A stretch of 64,000 nucleotides of DNA from Escherichia coli (GTDB lineage Bacteria > Pseudomonadota > Gammaproteobacteria > Enterobacterales > Enterobacteriaceae), in assembly GCF_044324785.1 (NCBI RefSeq), contig NZ_CP172127.1. One strand, given 5' to 3'. The position numbers and the translations under genes are program-made. This document shows, one piece after another, positions 55,252 through 64,000 of this stretch. Each line of letters begins with the position of its first letter. Within the stretch, counting starts at the first letter, position 1. The notes below the pieces were generated by a model. The model made no database searches, was not told the origin of the DNA, and was given only the letters and a program-made list of their open reading frames with translations.

Positions 55252-57510
55252 ATGAGCGATATGGCAGAGCGCCTTGCGCTACATGAATTTACGGAAAACG
55301 CCTACTTAAACTACTCCATGTACGTGATCATGGACCGTGCGTTGCCGTTTATTGGTGATGGTCTGAAACCTGTTCAGCGCCGCATTGTGTATGCGATGTC
55401 TGAGCTGGGCCTGAATGCCAGCGCCAAATTTAAAAAATCGGCCCGTACCGTCGGTGACGTACTGGGTAAATACCATCCGCACGGCGATAGCGCCTGTTAT
55501 GAAGCGATGGTCCTGATGGCGCAGCCGTTCTCTTACCGTTATCCGCTGGTTGATGGTCAGGGGAACTGGGGAGCGCCGGACGATCCGAAATCGTTCGCAG
55601 CAATGCGTTACACCGAATCCCGGTTGTCGAAATATTCCGAGCTGCTATTGAGCGAGCTGGGGCAGGGGACGGCTGACTGGGTGCCAAACTTCGACGGCAC
55701 TTTGCAGGAGCCGAAAATGCTACCTGCCCGTCTGCCAAACATTTTGCTTAACGGCACCACCGGTATTGCCGTCGGCATGGCGACCGATATTCCACCGCAT
55801 AACCTGCGTGAAGTGGCTCAGGCGGCAATCGCATTAATCGACCAGCCGAAAACCACGCTCGACCAGCTGCTGGATATCGTGCAGGGGCCGGATTATCCGA
55901 CTGAAGCGGAAATTATCACTTCGCGCGCCGAGATCCGTAAAATCTACGAGAACGGACGTGGTTCAGTGCGTATGCGCGCGGTTTGGAAGAAAGAAGATGG
56001 CGCGGTGGTTATCAGCGCATTGCCGCATCAGGTTTCAGGTGCGCGCGTACTGGAGCAAATTGCTGCGCAAATGCGCAACAAAAAGCTGCCGATGGTTGAC
56101 GATCTGCGCGATGAATCTGACCACGAGAACCCGACCCGTCTGGTGATTGTGCCGCGTTCCAACCGCGTGGATATGGATCAGGTGATGAACCACCTCTTCG
56201 CAACCACCGATCTGGAAAAGAGCTATCGTATTAACCTCAATATGATCGGTCTGGATGGTCGTCCGGCGGTGAAAAACCTGCTGGAAATCCTCTCCGAATG
56301 GCTGGTGTTCCGCCGCGATACCGTGCGCCGCCGACTGAACTATCGTCTGGAGAAAGTCCTCAAGCGCCTGCATATCCTCGAAGGTTTGCTGGTGGCGTTT
56401 CTCAATATCGACGAAGTGATTGAGATCATTCGTAATGAAGATGAACCGAAACCGGCGCTGATGTCGCGGTTTGGCCTTACGGAAACCCAGGCGGAAGCGA
56501 TCCTCGAACTGAAACTGCGTCATCTTGCCAAACTGGAAGAGATGAAGATTCGCGGTGAGCAGAGTGAGCTGGAAAAAGAGCGCGACCAGTTGCAGGGCAT
56601 TTTGGCTTCCGAGCGTAAAATGAATAACCTGCTGAAGAAAGAACTGCAGGCAGACGCGCAAGCCTACGGTGACGAACGTCGTTCGCCGTTGCAGGAACGC
56701 GAAGAAGCGAAAGCGATGAGCGAGCACGACATGCTGCCGTCTGAACCTGTCACCATTGTGCTATCGCAGATGGGCTGGGTACGCAGCGCTAAAGGCCATG
56801 ATATCGACGCGCCGGGCCTGAATTATAAAGCGGGCGATAGCTTCAAAGCGGCGGTGAAAGGTAAGAGCAACCAACCGGTAGTGTTTGTTGATTCCACCGG
56901 TCGTAGCTATGCCATCGACCCGATCACGCTGCCGTCGGCGCGTGGTCAGGGCGAACCGCTCACCGGCAAATTAACGTTGCCGCCTGGGGCGACCGTTGAC
57001 CATATGCTGATGGAAAGCGACGATCAGAAACTGCTGATGGCTTCCGATGCGGGTTACGGTTTCGTCTGTACCTTTAACGATCTGGTGGCGCGTAACCGTG
57101 CAGGTAAGGCTTTGATCACCTTACCGGAAAATGCCCATGTTATGCCGCCGGTGGTGATTGAAGATGCTTCCGATATGCTGCTGGCAATCACTCAGGCAGG
57201 CCGTATGTTGATGTTCCCGGTAAGCGATCTGCCGCAGCTGTCGAAGGGCAAAGGCAACAAGATTATCAACATTCCATCGGCAGAAGCCGCGCGTGGAGAA
57301 GATGGTCTGGCGCAACTGTACGTTCTGCCGCCGCAAAGCACGCTGACCATTCATGTTGGGAAACGCAAAATTAAACTGCGTCCGGAAGAGCTACAGAAAG
57401 TCACTGGCGAACGTGGACGCCGCGGTACGTTGATGCGCGGTTTGCAGCGTATCGATCGTGTTGAGATCGACTCTCCTCGCCGTGCCAGCAGCGGTGATAG
57501 CGAAGAGTAA
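55252..57510 (+). CDS. parC: DNA topoisomerase IV subunit A
   Basis: 752 aa; active-site tyrosine region AMRYTE. Confidence 0.98.
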
Positions 57511-57550
57511 TATGCCGGGGAGGGCGCTGTTTCCTCCCGCTTGCAAGGAA

Positions 57551-57583
57551 CGCCGGATGAAACGTTAAGTCGTCATCCGGCAG
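57551..57583. repeat. REP-like palindromic element after parC
   Basis: cgccggatgaaacgttaagtcgtcatccggcag. Confidence 0.5.
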
Positions 57584-57743
57584 CGTATTCAACCCCCGGA
57601 AACGATAAAAATTCCCTTGAAACCGTTGTTTATTCATGCGTTGCGATTAACAATACGCTTTTCCAGAGAGCGGCTTTTAACAATGCCCTAACCTGATTTC
57701 AGGTGACGTACAATGCCAGTCTCTCAGACCTTCAGAGGGTGTT

Positions 57744-58481
57744 ATGCTATATATCTTTCGTCTTATTATTACCGTGATTTACAGCATCTTAGTCTGTGTA
57801 TTCGGCTCCATTTACTGCCTTTTCAGCCCGCGTAACCCGAAACATGTGGCCACCTTTGGGCATATGTTTGGTCGTCTTGCACCGCTGTTCGGCCTGAAAG
57901 TTGAGTGCCGCAAACCTGCGGATGCTGAAAGCTACGGCAATGCTATTTATATCGCTAACCACCAGAACAACTATGACATGGTGACAGCATCGAACATTGT
58001 GCAACCGCCGACGGTGACGGTAGGTAAAAAGAGCTTGCTGTGGATCCCCTTCTTCGGGCAGTTGTACTGGTTAACCGGCAACTTATTGATCGACAGAAAC
58101 AATCGCACTAAAGCTCACGGCACTATTGCGGAAGTCGTGAATCACTTCAAAAAACGCCGCATTTCCATCTGGATGTTCCCGGAAGGAACTCGCAGCCGTG
58201 GTCGCGGCCTGCTACCGTTCAAGACCGGGGCATTTCACGCGGCAATTGCGGCGGGCGTCCCGATTATTCCCGTGTGCGTCTCTACAACTTCGAATAAGAT
58301 TAATCTTAATCGTCTACACAACGGTCTGGTGATTGTCGAAATGCTGCCGCCAATTGACGTCAGTCAGTATGGCAAAGATCAGGTTCGCGAGTTGGCTGCC
58401 CATTGTCGTTCGATAATGGAACAAAAAATCGCTGAGCTCGATAAAGAAGTCGCAGAGCGCGAAGCCGCCGGAAAAGTTTAA
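57744..58481 (+). CDS. plsC: 1-acyl-sn-glycerol-3-phosphate acyltransferase
   Basis: 245 aa; acyltransferase HX4D motif NHQNNYD. Confidence 0.96.
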   Translation: MLYIFRLIITVIYSILVCVFGSIYCLFSPRNPKHVATFGHMFGRLAPLFGLKVECRKPADAESYGNAIYIANHQNNYDMVTASNIVQPPTVTVGKKSLLWIPFFGQLYWLTGNLLIDRNNRTKAHGTIAEVVNHFKKRRISIWMFPEGTRSRGRGLLPFKTGAFHAAIAAGVPIIPVCVSTTSNKINLNRLHNGLVIVEMLPPIDVSQYGKDQVRELAAHCRSIMEQKIAELDKEVAEREAAGKV

Positions 58482-58555
58482 GTCGGCAATCTGTATTTTT
58501 GCGGGGAACACTTTCCTGCACGGTATTACTTTAGCCAGTTTTACATGGAGCAAAT

Positions 58556-59968
58556 ATGTCACTCAGTCGGCGTCAGTTCATTCAGGCATCGGGGATTGCA
58601 CTTTGTGCAGGCGCTGTTCCCCTGAAGGCCAGCGCAGCCGGGCAACAGCAACCGCTACCCGTTCCGCCGCTGCTTGAATCTCGCCGTGGGCAACCGCTGT
58701 TTATGACTGTACAACGTGCGCACTGGTCATTTACGCCAGGGACACGCGCGTCGGTCTGGGGAATCAATGGTCGTTACCTGGGGCCGACTATCCGCGTCTG
58801 GAAGGGCGACGATGTTAAGCTTATTTACAGCAACCGCCTGACAGAAAATGTCTCAATGACGGTGGCCGGGCTACAGGTACCAGGCCCGCTGATGGGCGGT
58901 CCGGCACGGATGATGTCGCCAAACGCTGACTGGGCACCCGTACTGCCTATTCGCCAGAACGCAGCTACTCTGTGGTATCACGCCAATACTCCCAACCGCA
59001 CGGCTCAGCAGGTCTATAACGGCCTTGCCGGAATGTGGCTGGTGGAAGATGAAGTCAGCAAGTCGCTGCCTATCCCCAACCATTATGGTGTGGATGATTT
59101 TCCGGTCATTATCCAGGATAAACGGCTGGATAACTTTGGTACGCCAGAATACAACGAACCGGGAAGCGGCGGCTTTGTTGGTGATACGCTGCTGGTTAAC
59201 GGTGTACAAAGCCCGTACGTTGAAGTCTCGCGTGGCTGGGTGCGCTTGCGTCTGTTGAACGCGTCGAACTCTCGACGCTATCAACTACAGATGAGCGATG
59301 GTCGCCCGTTACATGTGATTTCTGGCGATCAGGGATTCCTGCCTGCTCCTGTATCGGTGAAGCAACTTTCGCTGGCACCGGGCGAGCGTCGTGAGATTCT
59401 GGTGGATATGAGCAACGGTGATGAAGTGTCGATCACCTGTGGCGAAGCGGCGAGCATTGTTGATCGTATTCGTGGCTTCTTTGAGCCATCCAGCATTCTG
59501 GTTTCTACGCTGGTGCTCACGCTGCGCCCAACCGGCCTTCTGCCGCTGGTCACAGACAGTCTTCCGATGCGCTTGCTGCCAACTGAAATCATGGCTGGTT
59601 CGCCGATTCGCAGTCGTGATATCAGTCTGGGTGATGACCCGGGTATTAATGGACAACTGTGGGACGTCAACCGTATTGATGTCACCGCGCAGCAAGGAAC
59701 GTGGGAACGCTGGACGGTACGCGCGGACGAGCCGCAAGCGTTCCATATTGAAGGCGTGATGTTCCAGATCCGTAACGTGAATGGTGCGATGCCGTTCCCG
59801 GAAGACAGAGGCTGGAAAGATACCGTTTGGGTTGACGGACAAGTGGAGCTGCTGGTTTATTTCGGTCAGCCTTCTTGGGCGCACTTCCCGTTCTACTTCA
59901 ACAGTCAGACGCTGGAAATGGCGGACCGTGGCTCGATAGGGCAACTGTTGGTCAATCCGGTACCGTAA
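58556..59968 (+). CDS. ftsP: Cell division protein FtsP (SufI), Tat-exported multicopper-oxidase-like
   Basis: 470 aa; twin-arginine signal MSLSRRQFIQASGIALCAGA. Confidence 0.96.
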   Translation: MSLSRRQFIQASGIALCAGAVPLKASAAGQQQPLPVPPLLESRRGQPLFMTVQRAHWSFTPGTRASVWGINGRYLGPTIRVWKGDDVKLIYSNRLTENVSMTVAGLQVPGPLMGGPARMMSPNADWAPVLPIRQNAATLWYHANTPNRTAQQVYNGLAGMWLVEDEVSKSLPIPNHYGVDDFPVIIQDKRLDNFGTPEYNEPGSGGFVGDTLLVNGVQSPYVEVSRGWVRLRLLNASNSRRYQLQMSDGRPLHVISGDQGFLPAPVSVKQLSLAPGERREILVDMSNGDEVSITCGEAASIVDRIRGFFEPSSILVSTLVLTLRPTGLLPLVTDSLPMRLLPTEIMAGSPIRSRDISLGDDPGINGQLWDVNRIDVTAQQGTWERWTVRADEPQAFHIEGVMFQIRNVNGAMPFPEDRGWKDTVWVDGQVELLVYFGQPSWAHFPFYFNSQTLEMADRGSIGQLLVNPVP

Positions 59969-60078
59969 TCTTCATACTCGCCCGAGGAGGGCGAGTATGG
60001 AATACCTTTCGATTTCTCTTTCGTTCCGGCTTATAATCCCCGGCCTTTGATTATTTTTTTATCATTTCTGGAAGCAAA

Positions 60079-62298
60079 ATGAGCTCTATCTCCCTGATCC
60101 AACCGGATCGCGACCTGTTCTCCTGGCCGCAGTACTGGGCCGCCTGTTTTGGACCGGCACCGTTTTTGCCGATGTCTCGTGAAGAGATGGATCAACTTGG
60201 CTGGGATAGCTGCGACATCATTTTGGTTACTGGCGACGCGTATGTCGATCACCCAAGCTTCGGGATGGCGATTTGCGGTCGTATGCTGGAAGCGCAGGGC
60301 TTTCGTGTCGGGATCATTGCCCAACCGGACTGGAGCAGCAAAGACGACTTTATGCGTCTGGGTAAACCGAATCTGTTTTTCGGTGTTACTGCTGGCAACA
60401 TGGACTCGATGATCAACCGCTATACCGCCGATCGCCGTTTACGTCATGACGATGCCTACACACCGGATAACGTCGCGGGTAAGCGCCCGGATCGCGCCAC
60501 GCTAGTTTATACCCAGCGTTGTAAAGAGGCGTGGAAAGATGTGCCGGTGATCCTCGGCGGTATTGAGGCTAGTCTGCGCCGTACCGCGCATTATGATTAC
60601 TGGTCCGATACCGTGCGCCGTTCCGTGCTGGTGGATTCGAAAGCCGACATGCTGATGTTCGGTAACGGTGAGCGTCCGCTGGTGGAAGTGGCGCATCGTC
60701 TGGCGATGGGCGAGCCGATTAGTGAAATCCGCGATGTGCGTAATACCGCGATTATCGTAAAAGAGGCGTTGCCAGGCTGGAGCGGTGTGGATTCCACCCG
60801 TCTTGATACCCCAGGGAAAATCGACCCAATCCCGCATCCGTATGGCGAAGATTTGCCCTGTGCGGATAACAAACCGGTGGCCCCGAAAAAGCAGGAAGCC
60901 AAAGCCGTAACCGTGCAGCCGCCGCGCCCGAAACCGTGGGAAAAAACCTACGTATTGCTGCCTTCTTTCGAGAAAGTGAAGGGCGATAAAGTGCTGTACG
61001 CCCATGCTTCGCGTATTCTGCACCACGAAACTAACCCAGGCTGCGCCCGCGCATTGATGCAAAAACATGGCGACCGCTATGTGTGGATCAACCCGCCTGC
61101 TATTCCGCTCTCTACCGAAGAGATGGACAGCGTTTTTGCGCTGCCGTACAAGCGCGTGCCGCATCCGGCCTATGGCAATGCTCGTATTCCGGCTTACGAA
61201 ATGATCCGTTTCTCGGTCAACATTATGCGTGGCTGCTTTGGTGGCTGTTCTTTCTGTTCTATTACCGAGCATGAAGGGCGCATTATTCAGAGCCGTTCGG
61301 AAGATTCGATCATCAATGAGATCGAAGCGATCCGCGACACCGTTCCAGGTTTTACGGGCGTAATTTCCGATCTCGGTGGGCCAACTGCCAACATGTATAT
61401 GTTGCGCTGCAAATCGCCACGCGCTGAACAGACCTGCCGCCGCTTGTCGTGTGTTTACCCGGATATTTGTCCGCATATGGACACTAACCACGAACCGACG
61501 ATCAACCTCTATCGCCGTGCGCGTGATCTGAAAGGCATTAAAAAGATCCTGATCGCTTCCGGCGTACGTTATGACATCGCCGTGGAAGATCCGCGCTATA
61601 TCAAAGAGCTGGCGACCCATCACGTCGGCGGTTATCTGAAGATTGCCCCGGAACATACCGAAGAAGGGCCGTTGTCGAAGATGATGAAGCCGGGCATGGG
61701 CAGCTATGACCGCTTTAAAGAGTTGTTCGATACCTACTCGAAACAGGCAGGTAAAGAGCAGTATTTGATCCCGTATTTCATCTCGGCACACCCCGGTACG
61801 CGCGATGAAGATATGGTGAATCTGGCGCTGTGGCTGAAAAAGCACCGCTTCCGCCTCGACCAGGTACAGAACTTCTACCCGTCGCCGCTGGCTAACTCGA
61901 CCACTATGTATTACACCGGCAAAAACCCGCTGGCGAAGATTGGTTATAAAAGTGAAGACGTCTTTGTACCGAAGGGCGACAAGCAGCGTCGCCTGCATAA
62001 AGCGTTGTTGCGTTACCACGATCCGGCAAACTGGCCGTTAATCCGCCAGGCGCTGGAAGCGATGGGCAAAAAGCATCTGATTGGCAGCCGTCGCGATTGC
62101 TTAGTGCCTGCGCCAACCATTGAAGAGATGCGTGAGGCTCGTCGCCAGAACCGCAATACCCGTCCGGCGTTGACTAAACATACGCCGATGGCGACCCAGC
62201 GTCAGATGCCTGCTACAGCAAAAAAAGCGTCGTCTACGCAATCTCGTCCGGTGAATACTGGTGCGAAGAAACGCCCTAAAGCGGCGGTTGGACGTTAA
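60079..62298 (+). CDS. ygiQ: Radical SAM protein YgiQ (UPF0313)
   Basis: 739 aa; Cys-rich radical-SAM region CFGGCSFCS; lysine-rich C-terminal tail. Confidence 0.93.
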   Translation: MSSISLIQPDRDLFSWPQYWAACFGPAPFLPMSREEMDQLGWDSCDIILVTGDAYVDHPSFGMAICGRMLEAQGFRVGIIAQPDWSSKDDFMRLGKPNLFFGVTAGNMDSMINRYTADRRLRHDDAYTPDNVAGKRPDRATLVYTQRCKEAWKDVPVILGGIEASLRRTAHYDYWSDTVRRSVLVDSKADMLMFGNGERPLVEVAHRLAMGEPISEIRDVRNTAIIVKEALPGWSGVDSTRLDTPGKIDPIPHPYGEDLPCADNKPVAPKKQEAKAVTVQPPRPKPWEKTYVLLPSFEKVKGDKVLYAHASRILHHETNPGCARALMQKHGDRYVWINPPAIPLSTEEMDSVFALPYKRVPHPAYGNARIPAYEMIRFSVNIMRGCFGGCSFCSITEHEGRIIQSRSEDSIINEIEAIRDTVPGFTGVISDLGGPTANMYMLRCKSPRAEQTCRRLSCVYPDICPHMDTNHEPTINLYRRARDLKGIKKILIASGVRYDIAVEDPRYIKELATHHVGGYLKIAPEHTEEGPLSKMMKPGMGSYDRFKELFDTYSKQAGKEQYLIPYFISAHPGTRDEDMVNLALWLKKHRFRLDQVQNFYPSPLANSTTMYYTGKNPLAKIGYKSEDVFVPKGDKQRRLHKALLRYHDPANWPLIRQALEAMGKKHLIGSRRDCLVPAPTIEEMREARRQNRNTRPALTKHTPMATQRQMPATAKKASSTQSRPVNTGAKKRPKAAVGR

Positions 62299-62304
62299 AA
62301 AATA

Positions 62305-62340
62305 TCCCCGGCAACTGACACGCTACCGGGGATTTTTTTA
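62305..62340. terminator. Bidirectional rho-independent terminator between ygiQ and yqhH
   Basis: atccccggcaactgacacgctaccggggat flanked by A-tract upstream and T-tract downstream. Confidence 0.75.
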
Positions 62341-62598
62341 TCATTCTGCGTACATACGCAAGCAGCGCAGGCAATCAAAATAGTCCTGAGCATCAAGACG
62401 CGTATTGGCTCTGTTAGCGTCGGATTTGGCAGCATAGATTTGTGGGCGTAATGCTTTCATATCCTGCTCAAGCCGGGCGATTTTGGCATTTAATGTTTGC
62501 ACATTGCTCGCCAGCTGATTGACCTTTTGCTCATTGACGCAGCCACTGAGCAAGCAGGTTGCCAGAACAACAGCTCCCACGGTGAAAATCGTTTTCAT
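62341..62598 (-). CDS. yqhH: Small lipoprotein YqhH (Lpp-like coiled coil)
   Basis: 85 aa [20 protein letters not shown] lipobox followed by heptad repeats. Confidence 0.88.
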   Translation of the reverse strand: MKTIFTVGAVVLATCLLSGCVNEQKVNQLASNVQTLNAKIARLEQDMKALRPQIYAAKSDANRANTRLDAQDYFDCLRCLRMYAE

Positions 62599-62648
62599 AT
62601 AGTGTTCCCTTTTATTTATTGTTCCGGCTAATTGTTATTTAATTCAGC

Positions 62649-63575
62649 TCATTGCTTTAATCTGGCGGCGGTTTTTGCCTCGATCTGCTTAAGTAGGCTG
62701 CCGCTGTTCGGGCGGATAAAATCAGCGATTTCCCACTTACCTTCGCGCCGCTGTAAAACCAGTTCTTGCTCTTCGTTGTTGCCATTGGTCAGCGTAAAAC
62801 GAACATGAATGCGGGCGGAATCGGCGGTTTTATCCAGGACACGGATTTCATCAACGCGTGAAAATAGCGACTCTTCGCCAAAACAGATCGGATTGTCGTA
62901 AATAAATTGCCGTTCTATTTGCATATCTTCATCGGGATTGTTGGCAGTCTTGAAGGTGGTTTTGTAGAAGGCATTGACCGCCTGGCGGTAAGAGTCGGAA
63001 ACCACCCACGTCCACGGCCAGCTATAATCAGCAATATGTTCAAAGAGTTCGGCAACAAAGGCTTCCGGCTGTTCTTTTTGCAACGAAGCTATAGCGGCCA
63101 GCGTTTTTTCATTCTCGCTATTAACTGCTTGTAAGACGCTGCCATGATTGCTGACAATATCGTCAATGACCCAACGACCATTTTCCGCCACCATTTTCAG
63201 TGTCTGCGTGGTCTTTTCTTTATCGTCTTTAAAGATACGAAAGCGCACAACGGCATCGGCATGATCGGCGTCAGGTTGGGTTATCGCTACGCTTTCTAAC
63301 ACCAGATCGCCAAAATCCTGACAATCACAAACCGGATCATAATCCAGCCAGCCAATATTGCCCGGTAGTGTAAGATTGTCGTTCAGGGTAAGCGCCTGTT
63401 GAATACGCGCTGAAGTTATCGCCCGCTCTCCGGTTTCACCGAAATAAGGCGTACTGGCATCTGATTTATAGTTCTGATAAATCTGCCGGACTGTTTGTTC
63501 TACGGTCTGTGAGGGGGGCTGTGCGTGTACGGTAAAACTTGCCAGGGCTGCTAAAAACAGAAGTATTATTTTCAT
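62649..63575 (-). CDS. yqhG: DUF3828 periplasmic protein YqhG
   Basis: 308 aa with signal peptide MKIILLFLAALASFTVHA. Confidence 0.88.
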   Translation of the reverse strand: MKIILLFLAALASFTVHAQPPSQTVEQTVRQIYQNYKSDASTPYFGETGERAITSARIQQALTLNDNLTLPGNIGWLDYDPVCDCQDFGDLVLESVAITQPDADHADAVVRFRIFKDDKEKTTQTLKMVAENGRWVIDDIVSNHGSVLQAVNSENEKTLAAIASLQKEQPEAFVAELFEHIADYSWPWTWVVSDSYRQAVNAFYKTTFKTANNPDEDMQIERQFIYDNPICFGEESLFSRVDEIRVLDKTADSARIHVRFTLTNGNNEEQELVLQRREGKWEIADFIRPNSGSLLKQIEAKTAARLKQ

Positions 63576-63774
63576 CTGTTTTTCACCTCTCCGTTGCGTT
63601 TATCCCGGATATAGATGAGTTGTTCTTTTAAGAGCTTCCGGCTCTGCATGATGATGTCCTTATATTTGGCATTCCTGAACAAGGAAGAGTAACAACGGGC
63701 GGGACGCGAGGGGAATAAATGATTTCTGAAAAGTCCGGTAGCGGAACATTACCGCCACCGGGAGAATTTGCATG

Positions 63775-64000
63775 TTAGCCGCCGAACTGGTCAGGATCGG
63801 GACCGAGACGCTTGCCCTGATCGAGTTTTGCAATTTCGCCGAGTTCGTCTTTGTCGAGACGGAAATCCCAGACATCAAAGTTTTCGGCAATACGTGAAGG
63901 TGTGACCGATTTCGGGATCACCACCAGGCCGCTATCCAGATGCCAGCGGATAACAATCTGCGCCGGGGTTTTGCCGTATTTATCTGCCAGATCGCGAATG
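63775..64000 (-). CDS. dkgA: 2,5-diketo-D-gluconate reductase A / methylglyoxal reductase (aldo-keto reductase), C-terminal ~75 codons; 5' end outside window
   Basis: Minus-strand reading ends ...GLDPDQFGG* at 63775; aldo-keto reductase C-terminal region. Confidence 0.8.
   Translation of the reverse strand, partial: IRDLADKYGKTPAQIVIRWHLDSGLVVIPKSVTPSRIAENFDVWDFRLDKDELGEIAKLDQGKRLGPDPDQFGG

Noticed and set aside
56035-56727. 230-aa minus-strand ORF inside parC
   Set aside because: Antisense to parC; no independent support.
60502-62019. 505-aa minus-strand ORF antisense to ygiQ
   Set aside because: Fully embedded in ygiQ, which has recognisable radical-SAM motifs; low-complexity, Arg/His-rich translation typical of antisense frames of GC-rich coding DNA.
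63660-63890. 76-aa minus-strand ORF between yqhG and dkgA
   Set aside because: Overlaps the dkgA 3' end out of frame; no RBS, no recognisable features.

Overview
This window is a contiguous Escherichia coli-type chromosomal segment running from aer (5' end cut by the window edge) to dkgA (partial), in the opposite orientation to the K-12 reference as I remember it. All gene identifications rest on my recognition of the translated ORFs plus sequence motifs read directly; no database search was run. The core backbone is densely coding and syntenic: aer, yqjI, yqjH, tRNA ileX, mug, rpoD-dnaG-rpsU, tsaD, ttdTBA/ttdR, plsY, folB, uppP, cca, ygiM, ygiF, glnE, hldE, yqiJ, glgS, ubiK, ribB with its FMN riboswitch, zupT, ygiD, ygiCB-tolC, nudF-yqiB-cpdA-yqiA-parE, ygiN-mdaB, qseCB, ygiW, ygiV, ygiS, parC, plsC, ftsP, ygiQ, yqhH, yqhG. 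Against that backbone I see five accessory or structurally notable loci. (1) An AT-rich ~1.8 kb island between mdaB and qseC carrying an orphan Hcp (T6SS tube protein), a downstream 235-aa protein with lytic-transglycosylase-like motifs, and a 3-TM membrane protein: a candidate Hcp-effector-immunity module and the most interesting locus here. (2) A ~7.2 kb TonB-dependent receptor plus FecCD-type ABC importer cluster with an RpiR/SIS-family regulator and a Fur-box-like site, between parE and ygiN. (3) An intact 1057-bp IS903-group element with perfect 9-bp target-site duplication interrupting yqiK. (4) Two tandem ~378-bp ibs/sib type I toxin-antitoxin repeats. (5) A NADAR/YbiA-like gene between the rpoD terminator and mug. 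Many long antisense ORFs in the six-frame track lie inside well-supported genes and are rejected.
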